From the IMG/VR virus record IMGVR_UViG_3300018080_005419: a stretch of DNA of 64,000 bases, one strand, 5' to 3'. This DNA is from a virus. Positions 20,525-30,199 of this stretch are shown here, piece by piece. The stretch's first letter is position 1; each line of letters starts with the position of its first letter. The notes under the pieces were generated by a model that had not been told where the DNA came from, made no database searches, and saw only the letters and a program-made list of their open reading frames with translations. Position numbers and translations under genes: made by a program.

Positions 20525-21577
20525 TTATCTGAGCAATTCATCTTGATTCGCATCTTCAACCATAAGCCGATATTTTCTTAATAATTCGCAAGTACCAGTT
20601 AAATCTAAAGGATTATCCGCCGAACTATACTCTTTTGTTAAAGCTGTATTCTTCTCATTATTAAACAACTCAGGTAACATAGGGCCAATAACATAATAAT
20701 CTCCACGCGCAATAGTACGGCTTATTTCTTCTTCGGATACCATAATTTCATGTTGTTTTTCTCCGGGTCTAGTCCCAATAACTTTTATTTCTATTTGCCT
20801 ATTATCAATTAATGTTTTTGCTATATTCTGCATTGTAGCTGAAGATATACGCGGAATATAAGTTTCTCCAGCCTTCGCAGTTTGTATCGCACTAAATACT
20901 GTATCAACAGCCTTATTAAGAGGTAAGAGAAATCTTGTCATTTTTCCGTTTGTAATTGTAACAGGACCGCCACTTAAAATTTGATCATGAAATAGAGGAA
21001 TTACAGATCCTCTAGATGCGAGAACATTACCATATCTAACACATACAAAACGAGTCTTTTTGCTTAAAATATTGGCAGATATAAACAATCTTTCTTGTAT
21101 GGCTTTTGACATTCCCATAACATTTACAGGCTTACAGGCTTTATCTGTACTAACACCAACAACAACCTCACTATGATAATCACTTTCTTCTATTGCACGA
21201 ATTAGATTGTAGACTCCCTTACAATTAGTTAAAACTGCTTGATATGGAAAATATTCACATGTAGGAACTTGTTTAAGAGCCGCCGCATTAACAATAATAT
21301 CTGCATCTCTAACTGCCGAAACAATATCAGGATAATTGCGAACATCTCCAATTCTAAACTCTAAAGCATTTTTAAAATTATTAAAAATTGTTTCGTCAGT
21401 TGTAATCCTTCTATTTAAATATTCAACCCTCATCTTATGTTGTTTTGCTTCGTCTCTCGAAAATACAATAACTTTCTTGGGTGTTCCTTGCTCACCTGTT
21501 AATACACGTTTAACAAAGGTTTTCCCTAAAGATCCTGTTCCTCCAGTAATCAATATTGTTTTATCTTCAAAAATCAT
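20525..21577 (-). CDS. UDP-GlcNAc 4,6-dehydratase/epimerase, FnlA/CapE type
   Basis: ITGGTGSLG, FSRDEAKQ, AAALKQVPTCE, STDKA, RYGNVLASRGSVIP, RPGEKQHE. Confidence 0.9.
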   Translation of the reverse strand: MIFEDKTILITGGTGSLGKTFVKRVLTGEQGTPKKVIVFSRDEAKQHKMRVEYLNRRITTDETIFNNFKNALEFRIGDVRNYPDIVSAVRDADIIVNAAALKQVPTCEYFPYQAVLTNCKGVYNLIRAIEESDYHSEVVVGVSTDKACKPVNVMGMSKAIQERLFISANILSKKTRFVCVRYGNVLASRGSVIPLFHDQILSGGPVTITNGKMTRFLLPLNKAVDTVFSAIQTAKAGETYIPRISSATMQNIAKTLIDNRQIEIKVIGTRPGEKQHEIMVSEEEISRTIARGDYYVIGPMLPELFNNEKNTALTKEYSSADNPLDLTGTCELLRKYRLMVEDANQDELLR

Positions 21578-21585
21578 AATTTCCC

Positions 21586-22449
21586 CTAATTTGAAAGTTT
21601 ATTTGCTAATTCTGAAATCATTTCGTTCCATGATGGGATATTGTAGTTACTTTGCTTTTTAAATAGGTCACAATTCAAACTTCGATCACAATAAAAATCT
21701 TGGTCTGGTACAATTTCAATATTTAGATTCATTGCTTCTTTTATTTGAGAAAGCAGATCATATTTAGAAATTAGTTTACTTGAGATATGAATTAATCCTT
21801 TTAGATTCTCTTCGTTTTGAATAATATGTTTTATAATTCTTGACAATTCATATGTAGTAAATCCAGAAAAAATAGCATTCTTGAATCCTTTAACTGTTTT
21901 TTCTTGTTGACTTAAAAACCATTCCAACAAGCCTTTTTTACGACAAAGTTCTGGCCCAATAATAGATGTTCTAATTGTAAGATTCGGCTCTCCTATTTCT
22001 CCAATATATTTAGACTTGCCATAGATATCTTTAGCATCTGATATATCTGATTCTAAATAGTTACCTTTTTTTCCTGAAAAAACACAATCTGTACTTAAAT
22101 GAATCAATCTAAATTTGTACTTTTGAGATAATAAAGACAACTGATGAGGAAAAAGACCATTTACTTTAATATTTATAATTGGATCAGATCCTTCTTCTCT
22201 TTGCTTAATAATCCCAACACAATTAACTACAACATTTGGGCAAAAATTTTTAAATATTTGCTCAAGTTTATTATCATTTATATCAACATTGTCAAATGCA
22301 TTGTAAAATTTAAAAATACCATTATATTTTGGGTCTGACAAACCTTTATGGAGAGTTGCCTTTACATTAATATTATGATCTTCTTCTAAACATAAAAATA
22401 ATTGATGTCCTAACATTCCTCCGCCGCCAACAACTAAAACTTTGTCCAT
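21586..22449 (-). CDS. RmlD-family NDP-4-keto-6-deoxyhexose reductase
   Basis: GGGGMLG, NCVGIIKQ, HLSTDCVFSG, YGKSK, RTSIIGPEL. Confidence 0.88.
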   Translation of the reverse strand: MDKVLVVGGGGMLGHQLFLCLEEDHNINVKATLHKGLSDPKYNGIFKFYNAFDNVDINDNKLEQIFKNFCPNVVVNCVGIIKQREEGSDPIINIKVNGLFPHQLSLLSQKYKFRLIHLSTDCVFSGKKGNYLESDISDAKDIYGKSKYIGEIGEPNLTIRTSIIGPELCRKKGLLEWFLSQQEKTVKGFKNAIFSGFTTYELSRIIKHIIQNEENLKGLIHISSKLISKYDLLSQIKEAMNLNIEIVPDQDFYCDRSLNCDLFKKQSNYNIPSWNEMISELANKLSN

Positions 22450-22699
22450 TTTATTTTCCTTATCTACAATTAAACAAACAAATTCTGATTTTATTGTATC
22501 CGTTTAAAATTAGTTCTAATTGTCAAAATGCAGAAATTTAAGATCTTTCTTTTAATCTTAATATTGCGACTTGTAAGCCAATTAAGTCGTTTTATATTAA
22601 TCACTTATAAAAAAAATAGAAAAACTTCATAAAAGTTTAAAATTTTTCAGTATGATTTTGTCTATAAGATCAGAAAATATTGCTAAAAAGGAGAAGATA

Positions 22700-23461
22700 A
22701 TGAAAAGAAACGCATTTACACTTGTCGAATTATTAGTTGCACTTTCGATTATTACCCTTATGATGGCTTTTTTGCTACCTGCACTACATTCAGTAATTGA
22801 AGAAGCATACCAGATCCAATGCATTAATAATCAAAAACAACTAGCATTGGGAGTTTTATCTTTTGCTGATGATATGCGAGGTCAAATCCCAGGCAATACA
22901 GCAGATAGTACTCAAAATGAACCAATGAAACGAGATTGGCTACGTGGGGCATATTATTACGGAAGCGATCCTACATCTGAGGGAATGCTAGCTGCTCCAC
23001 ATGAAGGAACTATCTTTCCATATATAGAAAACGGAGAAGTATATCTCTGTCCAAAAGTTCAAAAAGGTGCTATTTTTGAAAAGGATTGTGGAAATGGCAT
23101 GTTTGATTACAGTATGTTCCTTGCCTTTTCAGGAGCATATATTCGAAATATGCCCAAAGAAATGAGATATAATTTGGGCGGTGCTTATATTGAGAACTTA
23201 CATGTTCCTTTATTTATAGAAGAAAACGTCAATAACAAATTAAACCAATCTGTAGAAGGCGGCTTTGCATGGCAAGATTCTATTTCGCCTCGTCATAGAG
23301 AAAACTCCACTATAAGCAAAATTGATGGGTCTGCTAGAATACAAAAAATGAATCTTATCAAAAACATGAAGGTTCAAAATATTCAAATGCATACTCTTGA
23401 CGGTCGCTGGTTAACTGTTAATCAAAGAGGAGTCAAATTTGGAGATTGGAATAGTAGATAG
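22700..23461 (+). CDS. Prepilin-type N-terminal cleavage/methylation domain protein (DUF1559/PVC-like)
   Basis: RBS AAGGAG then MKRNAFTLVELLVALSII..LLPAL..A..IQCINNQKQL; YLCP; C-terminal RH..DGS. Confidence 0.85.
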   Translation: MKRNAFTLVELLVALSIITLMMAFLLPALHSVIEEAYQIQCINNQKQLALGVLSFADDMRGQIPGNTADSTQNEPMKRDWLRGAYYYGSDPTSEGMLAAPHEGTIFPYIENGEVYLCPKVQKGAIFEKDCGNGMFDYSMFLAFSGAYIRNMPKEMRYNLGGAYIENLHVPLFIEENVNNKLNQSVEGGFAWQDSISPRHRENSTISKIDGSARIQKMNLIKNMKVQNIQMHTLDGRWLTVNQRGVKFGDWNSR

Positions 23462-23511
23462 ATTATAAATGCATTTAATCGTCAATAATTTTTAAAGGGC
23501 GTTGATCATTT

Positions 23512-24285
23512 CTATAATGTCCCTACTCTTCTATAATTAAATATCTCATGCGTAATGTCCACATACTCTGGGTCATATTTATAACATACGTCGGAATTGT
23601 TTTTTGCATGACCGACTTTACTACAATGTCGAAGTTCTCGTTTTTTTAATTCATGATGTGTTGAATAAGTCATTTTTTTACCAAAGGACGGTTTTAACCA
23701 ATTCCACAAATTTACTTTTGATTGTTCATCTATATTTACGCTTACATTTTGCGGATAGGGGGCACTTACTGTACCTTTACATGGCAAATCATGTACATGT
23801 ATTGTGTTTCTTCGGAATGGTAATGCTAATGTGTTGAAAAACAAAGAACAATCATGAAACCCACCAAAACGGTCAAACATGGGAAAAAAATAATCTAACA
23901 AACTATGATGTATTATTTTCAGATGATTATTAGTTTGTGTGTTATTAGAAATTAGCCCAGGAATTCTTTTTTCTGTATTCGTATTAAGTAGCGTCATTAT
24001 AGCAGGATAGTATTCTTCTAAAAGTTTATCAATCTTCTCCTCAACTTCCTCTTGCTTTATATCGAATACGACATCATAGTCCATGAAAACATAATAATCA
24101 AACTCTTTCTGAATATGTTCTGACAAGTAATTACGATTATATGCCCAACTCGCTCCTTTATTAAAACTCATTGCATTTTTATCTTCACTTAAATATGTAA
24201 CATACTGCACTTCACTTTTTTTGAAAATATTGTGGATATAATCAATCCGTTCATTTGGTGATATATATAAAACACATTTTTTCAT
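23512..24285 (-). CDS. Putative glycosyltransferase-like protein
   Basis: YYVFMDYDV DxD motif; glycan-cluster context. Confidence 0.5.
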   Translation of the reverse strand: MKKCVLYISPNERIDYIHNIFKKSEVQYVTYLSEDKNAMSFNKGASWAYNRNYLSEHIQKEFDYYVFMDYDVVFDIKQEEVEEKIDKLLEEYYPAIMTLLNTNTEKRIPGLISNNTQTNNHLKIIHHSLLDYFFPMFDRFGGFHDCSLFFNTLALPFRRNTIHVHDLPCKGTVSAPYPQNVSVNIDEQSKVNLWNWLKPSFGKKMTYSTHHELKKRELRHCSKVGHAKNNSDVCYKYDPEYVDITHEIFNYRRVGTL

Positions 24286-25379
24286 ACGATTTCTTTCCTG
24301 CTTTTATCTAATGCTGATTTTACTACATGGTGCATATCATAATATTTATAGTCCGCTAGTCTTCCTCCAAAAATATATTTATTATTCGCTCTAGCTTCTT
24401 CCTTATATTTATTAAAAATAATAATATTTTGTTGATCTTCTAGTGGATAGTATGGGCACTTATTTCTATCCCACAATACAGGATATTCATAAGTTACTAT
24501 AGTTTCCCCTTTCAAATCATTCTTTTCAAAATGTTTGTGCTCCACTGACTTCGTATATTTGACATTATGCTGAGGATGAGACATAACCGCACACCCTTGA
24601 TAATCATCAATGTTCATAATTTCAAATTTTATATCAATCGTCTTATACTCTAATTCGCCATATTTGTAATTAAAGAACTCATCAATTGGACCAGTATATA
24701 CAATTTTACTGGACATAGTTTCCCACATACCCCTATCTTTCAAAAAATCTGTTTCTAAACGCACATCAATACCTTTGAGAATTTCTTCAAACATCTTTGT
24801 GTATCCACCTATCGGTATACCTTGATAAATATGATCATAATAATTCTCATTAAAGTTTGTTCTTATAGGAAGACGCTTGTATATAGAACTGGGCAATTCT
24901 CTCAAAGGTTTATTCCAATGTTTTTCTGTATAACCTCTATAAAATAATTCAGTAATTTCCTTCCCCACATGCGAAAGCAACCAATCTTCTGCATTATCAC
25001 ATTCATCGTTCGGTTTACATACCTCTTTGAGTTTAGCTTTTGCTTTCTCTGGGGTATTTACTCCCCATATTTTATTTAAAGTATTAAGGTTTATAGGAAG
25101 AGAATATATTTCCCCACTACAATTTGCCTTTACGCAATTTACAAAACTATTAAATTCTATAAATTTATTGACATAATCCCATACTTTTAAATCACTAGTA
25201 TGGAAAACGTGTGAGCCATACATATGAACATTCACACCTTTTATGTTCTTAGTGTAGCAATTGCCAGCGATATGGTTTCGCTTTTCTATCACAAGACACT
25301 TAAAACCACTATCCGTTAATTGTCTTGCAAATATAGAGCCAAACAATCCAGCACCAACAATAACATAATCATATTTCAT
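24282..25379 (-). CDS. glf: UDP-galactopyranose mutase
   Basis: YDYVIVGAGLFG, EKRNHIAGNCY, HMYGSHVFHT, YQGIP, GRLADYKYYDMH. Confidence 0.95.
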   Translation of the reverse strand: MKYDYVIVGAGLFGSIFARQLTDSGFKCLVIEKRNHIAGNCYTKNIKGVNVHMYGSHVFHTSDLKVWDYVNKFIEFNSFVNCVKANCSGEIYSLPINLNTLNKIWGVNTPEKAKAKLKEVCKPNDECDNAEDWLLSHVGKEITELFYRGYTEKHWNKPLRELPSSIYKRLPIRTNFNENYYDHIYQGIPIGGYTKMFEEILKGIDVRLETDFLKDRGMWETMSSKIVYTGPIDEFFNYKYGELEYKTIDIKFEIMNIDDYQGCAVMSHPQHNVKYTKSVEHKHFEKNDLKGETIVTYEYPVLWDRNKCPYYPLEDQQNIIIFNKYKEEARANNKYIFGGRLADYKYYDMHHVVKSALDKSRKEIV

Positions 25380-26265
25380 TATATTTACCATTATTTACAT
25401 AATCCTCTAATGCATCCTCCCAATGTCGCATTATATTTTGCCCCAACATGTCTAACTTTAAGTTTATCAATTGCTCAGATTTGGGTCTAGGTGAAAAATA
25501 CTCCTTGATAAAATAATCAGAATCAACCTTGGTTAATTTGATATCAAGTCCTAATAGTTCTATTAATTTTTTTGCTGTTTCGTATCTAGATGCTTTGCCT
25601 TTATTAACAGAATTATAAACACCATATGGTAACTTATTTTCTATTATATTATAAATACTCCTAGCAAAATCCTTTGTGTATGTAGGTGTTCCTAATTTAT
25701 CAACAACAACAAATATTTCCTTCTTCCCGGAATTTATTTGTTTTGTAATCTTGCTGATGAACTTCTTGTCTTTCTTTCCGCCACCAAACATCCACCCTGC
25801 TCGTATCACATAACACCGAGTCACTCTATTTACAATCGTATTTTCAGAATGTTGTTTACTATTTCCATATACACTTAACGGAAATGCCTGTTCGTATTCG
25901 GTAAAAACTTCTCTTTTGCCATCGAATATACCAGCAGTCGAAATAAACACATAAATACACCCAAGCTCATTACATATATCACCCAAATATTCGGCAGAAT
26001 TCGTATTTGTACTATAGGCTTCTTTTATGTGGTTCTCACAATATTCAAGGTCAGTCAAAGCAGCTAGATTTATCACAATAGTTGGGTTGAACGTGTTAAT
26101 AGTTTTGTACAGAAAACTCAAATCATTTATATCACCATATTCAATCCATTCTTCATTATCATCAATATCATAGCACAAAAGTTCGTTGTCTTTCTTGAAT
26201 TCTTCATACACATACGAACCAAGCATCCCACCACATCCTATTATAAATATTCTTTCATTTTTCAT
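25369..26265 (-). CDS. rfbD: dTDP-4-dehydrorhamnose reductase-like protein
   Basis: GCGGMLG, NLAALTD, FISTAGIFDG, YGNSK, GTPTYT; start may extend to 26283. Confidence 0.8.
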   Translation of the reverse strand: MKNERIFIIGCGGMLGSYVYEEFKKDNELLCYDIDDNEEWIEYGDINDLSFLYKTINTFNPTIVINLAALTDLEYCENHIKEAYSTNTNSAEYLGDICNELGCIYVFISTAGIFDGKREVFTEYEQAFPLSVYGNSKQHSENTIVNRVTRCYVIRAGWMFGGGKKDKKFISKITKQINSGKKEIFVVVDKLGTPTYTKDFARSIYNIIENKLPYGVYNSVNKGKASRYETAKKLIELLGLDIKLTKVDSDYFIKEYFSPRPKSEQLINLKLDMLGQNIMRHWEDALEDYVNNGKYNEI

Positions 26266-26266
26266 T

Positions 26267-26743
26267 CTAAGTTCCTTTGTCATTTTTTAAAATTATATTA
26301 ACCATCTCCCTAAATGCACCATCTCCTCCGCATACCTGTAGTACTTCGCACACAGCCTTTACCTCTTCTACCGCATCTATTGGACAAAAGGAGTTCCCCG
26401 CCAGCGTTAAGATTTCTAAGTCTGGCAAATCATCACCTAAATAAACCACTTCAGACCATTTAATATCATTATCTCGGATAATCTTCTTAACTACGTCGAG
26501 TTTTCCATTCGGATCAATCCCTTGAATAATGTAATCTAAATTTAACTTTTTATATTTACTATTTAATATTTCCTTTGCTGAATCACAACTAATAATTCCA
26601 GTCTTTATTCCGCGTTTTTGCAAATCTATAAATCCAACACCATCTTTCATGTTAAATGTTTTTGAACATACGCCATTGCTATCTATAGTCACTCTTCCAT
26701 TAGTAAGACAACCATCACAATCTGTAAGAACTAACTTTATCAT
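26267..26743 (-). CDS. kdsC: KdsC-like HAD phosphatase (Kdo-8-P/KDN-9-P type)
   Basis: LTDCDGCLTNG, FNMKDG, YLGDDLPD, GGDGAFRE. Confidence 0.85.
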   Translation of the reverse strand: MIKLVLTDCDGCLTNGRVTIDSNGVCSKTFNMKDGVGFIDLQKRGIKTGIISCDSAKEILNSKYKKLNLDYIIQGIDPNGKLDVVKKIIRDNDIKWSEVVYLGDDLPDLEILTLAGNSFCPIDAVEEVKAVCEVLQVCGGDGAFREMVNIILKNDKGT

Positions 26744-27423
26744 AATTTTCTCAAATCAACGAAACTTCCGGAATCATAATTATCAATGTCATCTATAAAT
26801 GTTATTATTTTTTTTGCTATTTCTTCAGGAGACTCTATCATGTTTTCGTCCTTCTTCTTTTTAAAATCAACAACACTTGGAACAATATTCTCATCAGTGT
26901 TATAAACTTCTTTTTGCATATCTGTATCTATTAGACCAGGAGATATAGATATAAAATGCGTGTCTTTATTTTCACAAGCATAAATTTGAATCAACATCTT
27001 CAAACTTGCTTTTGATAAAGCATAATTTCCCCACCCATATCGACATTTGTTTGCGGCTCCAGAAGATATGCAAACAACATTTTTTATTTTTACTCTTTTT
27101 AGTAATTCGTCTAATATTATTTTTTGAGAAAAAAGATTAATATCTAATATATTTTTTAAACTATCAACCTTAACATTCTTTTGTGGATTTAATCCTCCTA
27201 AGATCCCAGCATTTAAATATAATATGTCTATATCTTTATCGAAATTAAATAAACATTCTTCTAATTTTTTATGATCTTGCATATCAACTTTAAAGTGAAC
27301 ATCTATTTTGTTTGTCGGCTCTGTACGACTAAGACCAAAGATTGTATCATTGTTCTTAACATAATAATTTGCCACAGCCTTTCCTAAACCTCTACTGCAA
27401 CCAGTAATAAATATATTCATCAC
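26740..27423 (-). CDS. Short-chain dehydrogenase/reductase
   Basis: ITGCSRGLG, NAG, ISSG, YALSK, PGLIDTDMQ. Confidence 0.88.
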   Translation of the reverse strand: MMNIFITGCSRGLGKAVANYYVKNNDTIFGLSRTEPTNKIDVHFKVDMQDHKKLEECLFNFDKDIDILYLNAGILGGLNPQKNVKVDSLKNILDINLFSQKIILDELLKRVKIKNVVCISSGAANKCRYGWGNYALSKASLKMLIQIYACENKDTHFISISPGLIDTDMQKEVYNTDENIVPSVVDFKKKKDENMIESPEEIAKKIITFIDDIDNYDSGSFVDLRKL

Positions 27424-28376
27424 TTTCTCCTTTCAAAATCGTTTAATAATTCTTTAGTATAAACATCTTTAAAAAAGACATCTAAACTCCTACAAAAATC
27501 AATAAATTCTTCTAATGGTAAATTCATTTTTTGTGCTTGGCTAGCATATGCTTCGCATATTCCAAAGACACCAGTAGTATAAAAATAAGGCGAAAAATCC
27601 TTCTTTAAAATAGCATAATATTTGTTTATAAATTTAACTAGTTCTAAGCGGTTATTGTCATCATTAAGTACATGCTCAAGTTTTAAATTTCCGGCTCCTT
27701 TACCTATTCCGTGAATTGTTACATCAGTTATGTCAACACCTTTTCCTTGTAATTCTAAGAAATTAGAATACTCCTTTCCTGTATGATTATGGAAATGGAA
27801 TCCTATCTTTTTATTCGTAGATTTCAATTCATCAACTACATCTTTAAACAAAATATCGAAACATTCTCTTAAATTTAAATTTCCATGAGTATCTGCGAAA
27901 TAAACATAATCAAGATCACTCTTTCCAACTAAATAACATTTTTCTTTAATCTCTTTAGTATTATAATTAGATATATTAAAAAGATTTATTGATACTTTGA
28001 GACCAGTGGTTTCTTTTAATTTTTCCCCAAAATTTAAAGCTTTTTCTACATCTTGTTTTCTGGAACACATTCTTATTATTCTAATTATATCTTGATCTTT
28101 AGTGGGATATTCTTTTAGATCTTTTGTGCAATAATGATAATCTATCATAATAGATACGTTTCGGTCTTTTCGACCATCCACAACTTCTTTAACTGTATCC
28201 ATATTTAGATTAAAAAAGGGAGTAGTATATTTGTTTGTTTGTTTCCAATATCCTAATTCAATAATATCAATTCCTATTTTTTGCATTAATGCGTAATATT
28301 CTTTTGCCATATTTATAGGCCAGTCAAAAGAAACAGAATGACCCCCATCTCTTAGTGTACAATCAAGAATTTTCAT
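27420..28376 (-). CDS. HMGL-like (DRE-TIM) aldolase, 4-hydroxy-2-oxovalerate aldolase-like
   Basis: LDCTLRDGG, YFADTHG, GFHFHN, GIGKGAGNL. Confidence 0.85.
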   Translation of the reverse strand: MKILDCTLRDGGHSVSFDWPINMAKEYYALMQKIGIDIIELGYWKQTNKYTTPFFNLNMDTVKEVVDGRKDRNVSIMIDYHYCTKDLKEYPTKDQDIIRIIRMCSRKQDVEKALNFGEKLKETTGLKVSINLFNISNYNTKEIKEKCYLVGKSDLDYVYFADTHGNLNLRECFDILFKDVVDELKSTNKKIGFHFHNHTGKEYSNFLELQGKGVDITDVTIHGIGKGAGNLKLEHVLNDDNNRLELVKFINKYYAILKKDFSPYFYTTGVFGICEAYASQAQKMNLPLEEFIDFCRSLDVFFKDVYTKELLNDFERRK

Positions 28377-29029
28377 TTTTGTCCTTTTACTTTGTTTAAT
28401 AAAAACAGTTTTGCCAGCGCGTAGTCCTGTTCATAATCTATTTCCAAACTCTCAGGAAAGGATAATTTAAAAAAGAATGGATTGACACCTATTCTATTTT
28501 TTTGCTCCATAAATGTTTTTTTTGTAAATATAAAAAAAGCGCCATTCTGAAATATAATAGGATCTAAATCTTGAGTTCTTTTTACCATATTATAACCAAA
28601 ATTTATAGGTTTAATCTCTTTATCCGACTTTAAATAAGCAAATTCTTTATGTATGGTGCAAGATAATACAGAATCATATTCTCCAATTAATCTAGAAGCT
28701 TCTAAGATGGTTTCTAGTTTTAAAAACGGAGATGTTACATGAGGAGTAACTATAATCTCATTCTCATCTTGCACATGCTCGTTCAAAAAATCTTCTATCA
28801 TACTTAAAACCGGACTACTAGGTCTTTCTTTTTCCCATAAAATATGCTTTTCTTTTCGCTCTATAATTATAAATTTACCTTCAACTCTTTTGCTATCAGT
28901 ATTAACGTATGTTTTATTATCAGGCAATCTATCAAGCAAATGTTTATATAAGAATTTTTCTCCAAGCATACGAAAATTTTTATCAGGGACTCTTTCCGAT
29001 TGATCTTTAATTATTACGAAAAACTTCAT
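28373..29029 (-). CDS. Acylneuraminate/CMP-ulosonate cytidylyltransferase (NeuA-like)
   Basis: SERVPDKNFR.LG, VNTDS, HVTSPF, RTQDL, QNGAFFI, EIDYEQD. Confidence 0.88.
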   Translation of the reverse strand: MKFFVIIKDQSERVPDKNFRMLGEKFLYKHLLDRLPDNKTYVNTDSKRVEGKFIIIERKEKHILWEKERPSSPVLSMIEDFLNEHVQDENEIIVTPHVTSPFLKLETILEASRLIGEYDSVLSCTIHKEFAYLKSDKEIKPINFGYNMVKRTQDLDPIIFQNGAFFIFTKKTFMEQKNRIGVNPFFFKLSFPESLEIDYEQDYALAKLFLLNKVKGQK

Positions 29030-29064
29030 TTCAATTCCTTTTCTCTTTTAACAATTGGTAAAAA

Positions 29065-29493
29065 TTACTTATATGTCATGATGATTTTTCTATCTCTTAT
29101 CGGATCTAATTCTATAAAAAATATCGATTGCCATTTTCCTAACATTAATTTTCCATCTTGTACAGGAATAGTTTCAGATGTATTAAAAAACAAAGATCTC
29201 ATATGAGCATAAGCATTGATTCTTTCATCTATAGGAGCTTCTGGTCTTAAAGAAACTAAATCATGTGCATACCTTCTATTATTGGGTTTATGCTTTGGAA
29301 AAGTTTTATCTAAAAACCATCTAATGTCTACATGATGAAGAATTTCGTTTTCCAAAACTCTTAACGAACATGTAGTGTGCGCTGTAAAAATATTTACTAG
29401 CCCATCTCCCTTCTGATCAACAACAAAATCTTCAACTTTTTTTGTAATATTGGTGAAGAGTTTGTCTGTGCTTATTTCGATTATCTTTCTCAT
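29065..29493 (-). CDS. yjbQ: YjbQ/UPF0047 family protein
   Basis: HTTCSL..ENE, NAYAH, LGKWQSIFFIELD. Confidence 0.85.
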   Translation of the reverse strand: MRKIIEISTDKLFTNITKKVEDFVVDQKGDGLVNIFTAHTTCSLRVLENEILHHVDIRWFLDKTFPKHKPNNRRYAHDLVSLRPEAPIDERINAYAHMRSLFFNTSETIPVQDGKLMLGKWQSIFFIELDPIRDRKIIMTYK

Positions 29494-29494
29494 A

Positions 29495-30181
29495 TTATTC
29501 CTCTTTATATAAATTCGCTTTTTTCAAATCAATAAATTCAAATAAGCCTTTTAATATTTGAGATTTATCATTGCAGTTAAAGACTTTAATTTTATTTTGA
29601 TTTGACCATTCACTTAAATGTTTCCATGTTTTTAAATTTATATTTATGGTGGCGATCCTCAATGGATTAAAATTTTCTGATTCTCCTTGATATCCATCCC
29701 ATGCATATTGTCTTTTGGAATCTTTAATTATTCCCTTTGTAAATTCTTTTGGAGACTTTCCATTATAATGCCCGTCAAATCCTATTAAATATATTTCTTC
29801 ATAACTTTTATTTATAGCTATTTGAACACAATTAGCTGCTGTGTGACCTACATTTCGAAATGGTTTTTCTTTAGTGTAGTGCTCTAAAGTCATCTTTCTC
29901 CAAACACTAGAATCTACATAGGTTACTTTTGGGATATCTTTTAGTTCTTTGTTTAATGTAAAATATTCTTCACAATCTCCACTCAAAAAAAAATCTTTAT
30001 GTCCCTTATGATTATATTTAGTCATTTTATCATCAAAACAACCCCAATAAGTAGGATACCACCCTAAATCTTTATAAAATTTATAAGCATTGTTCATACC
30101 AAAAGAATCTATCTTTAATCGTTTAAAATCTACCTCTTTTAAAGATGGACCATTTCCCATTATTAGAATTCTTTTAGTCAT
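29495..30181 (-). CDS. CstII/GT42-like or DUF115-type ulosonate transferase
   Basis: ILIMGNGPSLKEVDF..L resembles the CstII N-terminus; EIYLIGFD. Confidence 0.65.
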   Translation of the reverse strand: MTKRILIMGNGPSLKEVDFKRLKIDSFGMNNAYKFYKDLGWYPTYWGCFDDKMTKYNHKGHKDFFLSGDCEEYFTLNKELKDIPKVTYVDSSVWRKMTLEHYTKEKPFRNVGHTAANCVQIAINKSYEEIYLIGFDGHYNGKSPKEFTKGIIKDSKRQYAWDGYQGESENFNPLRIATININLKTWKHLSEWSNQNKIKVFNCNDKSQILKGLFEFIDLKKANLYKEE

Positions 30182-30199
30182 TTATTTCTCCTATTTTAA

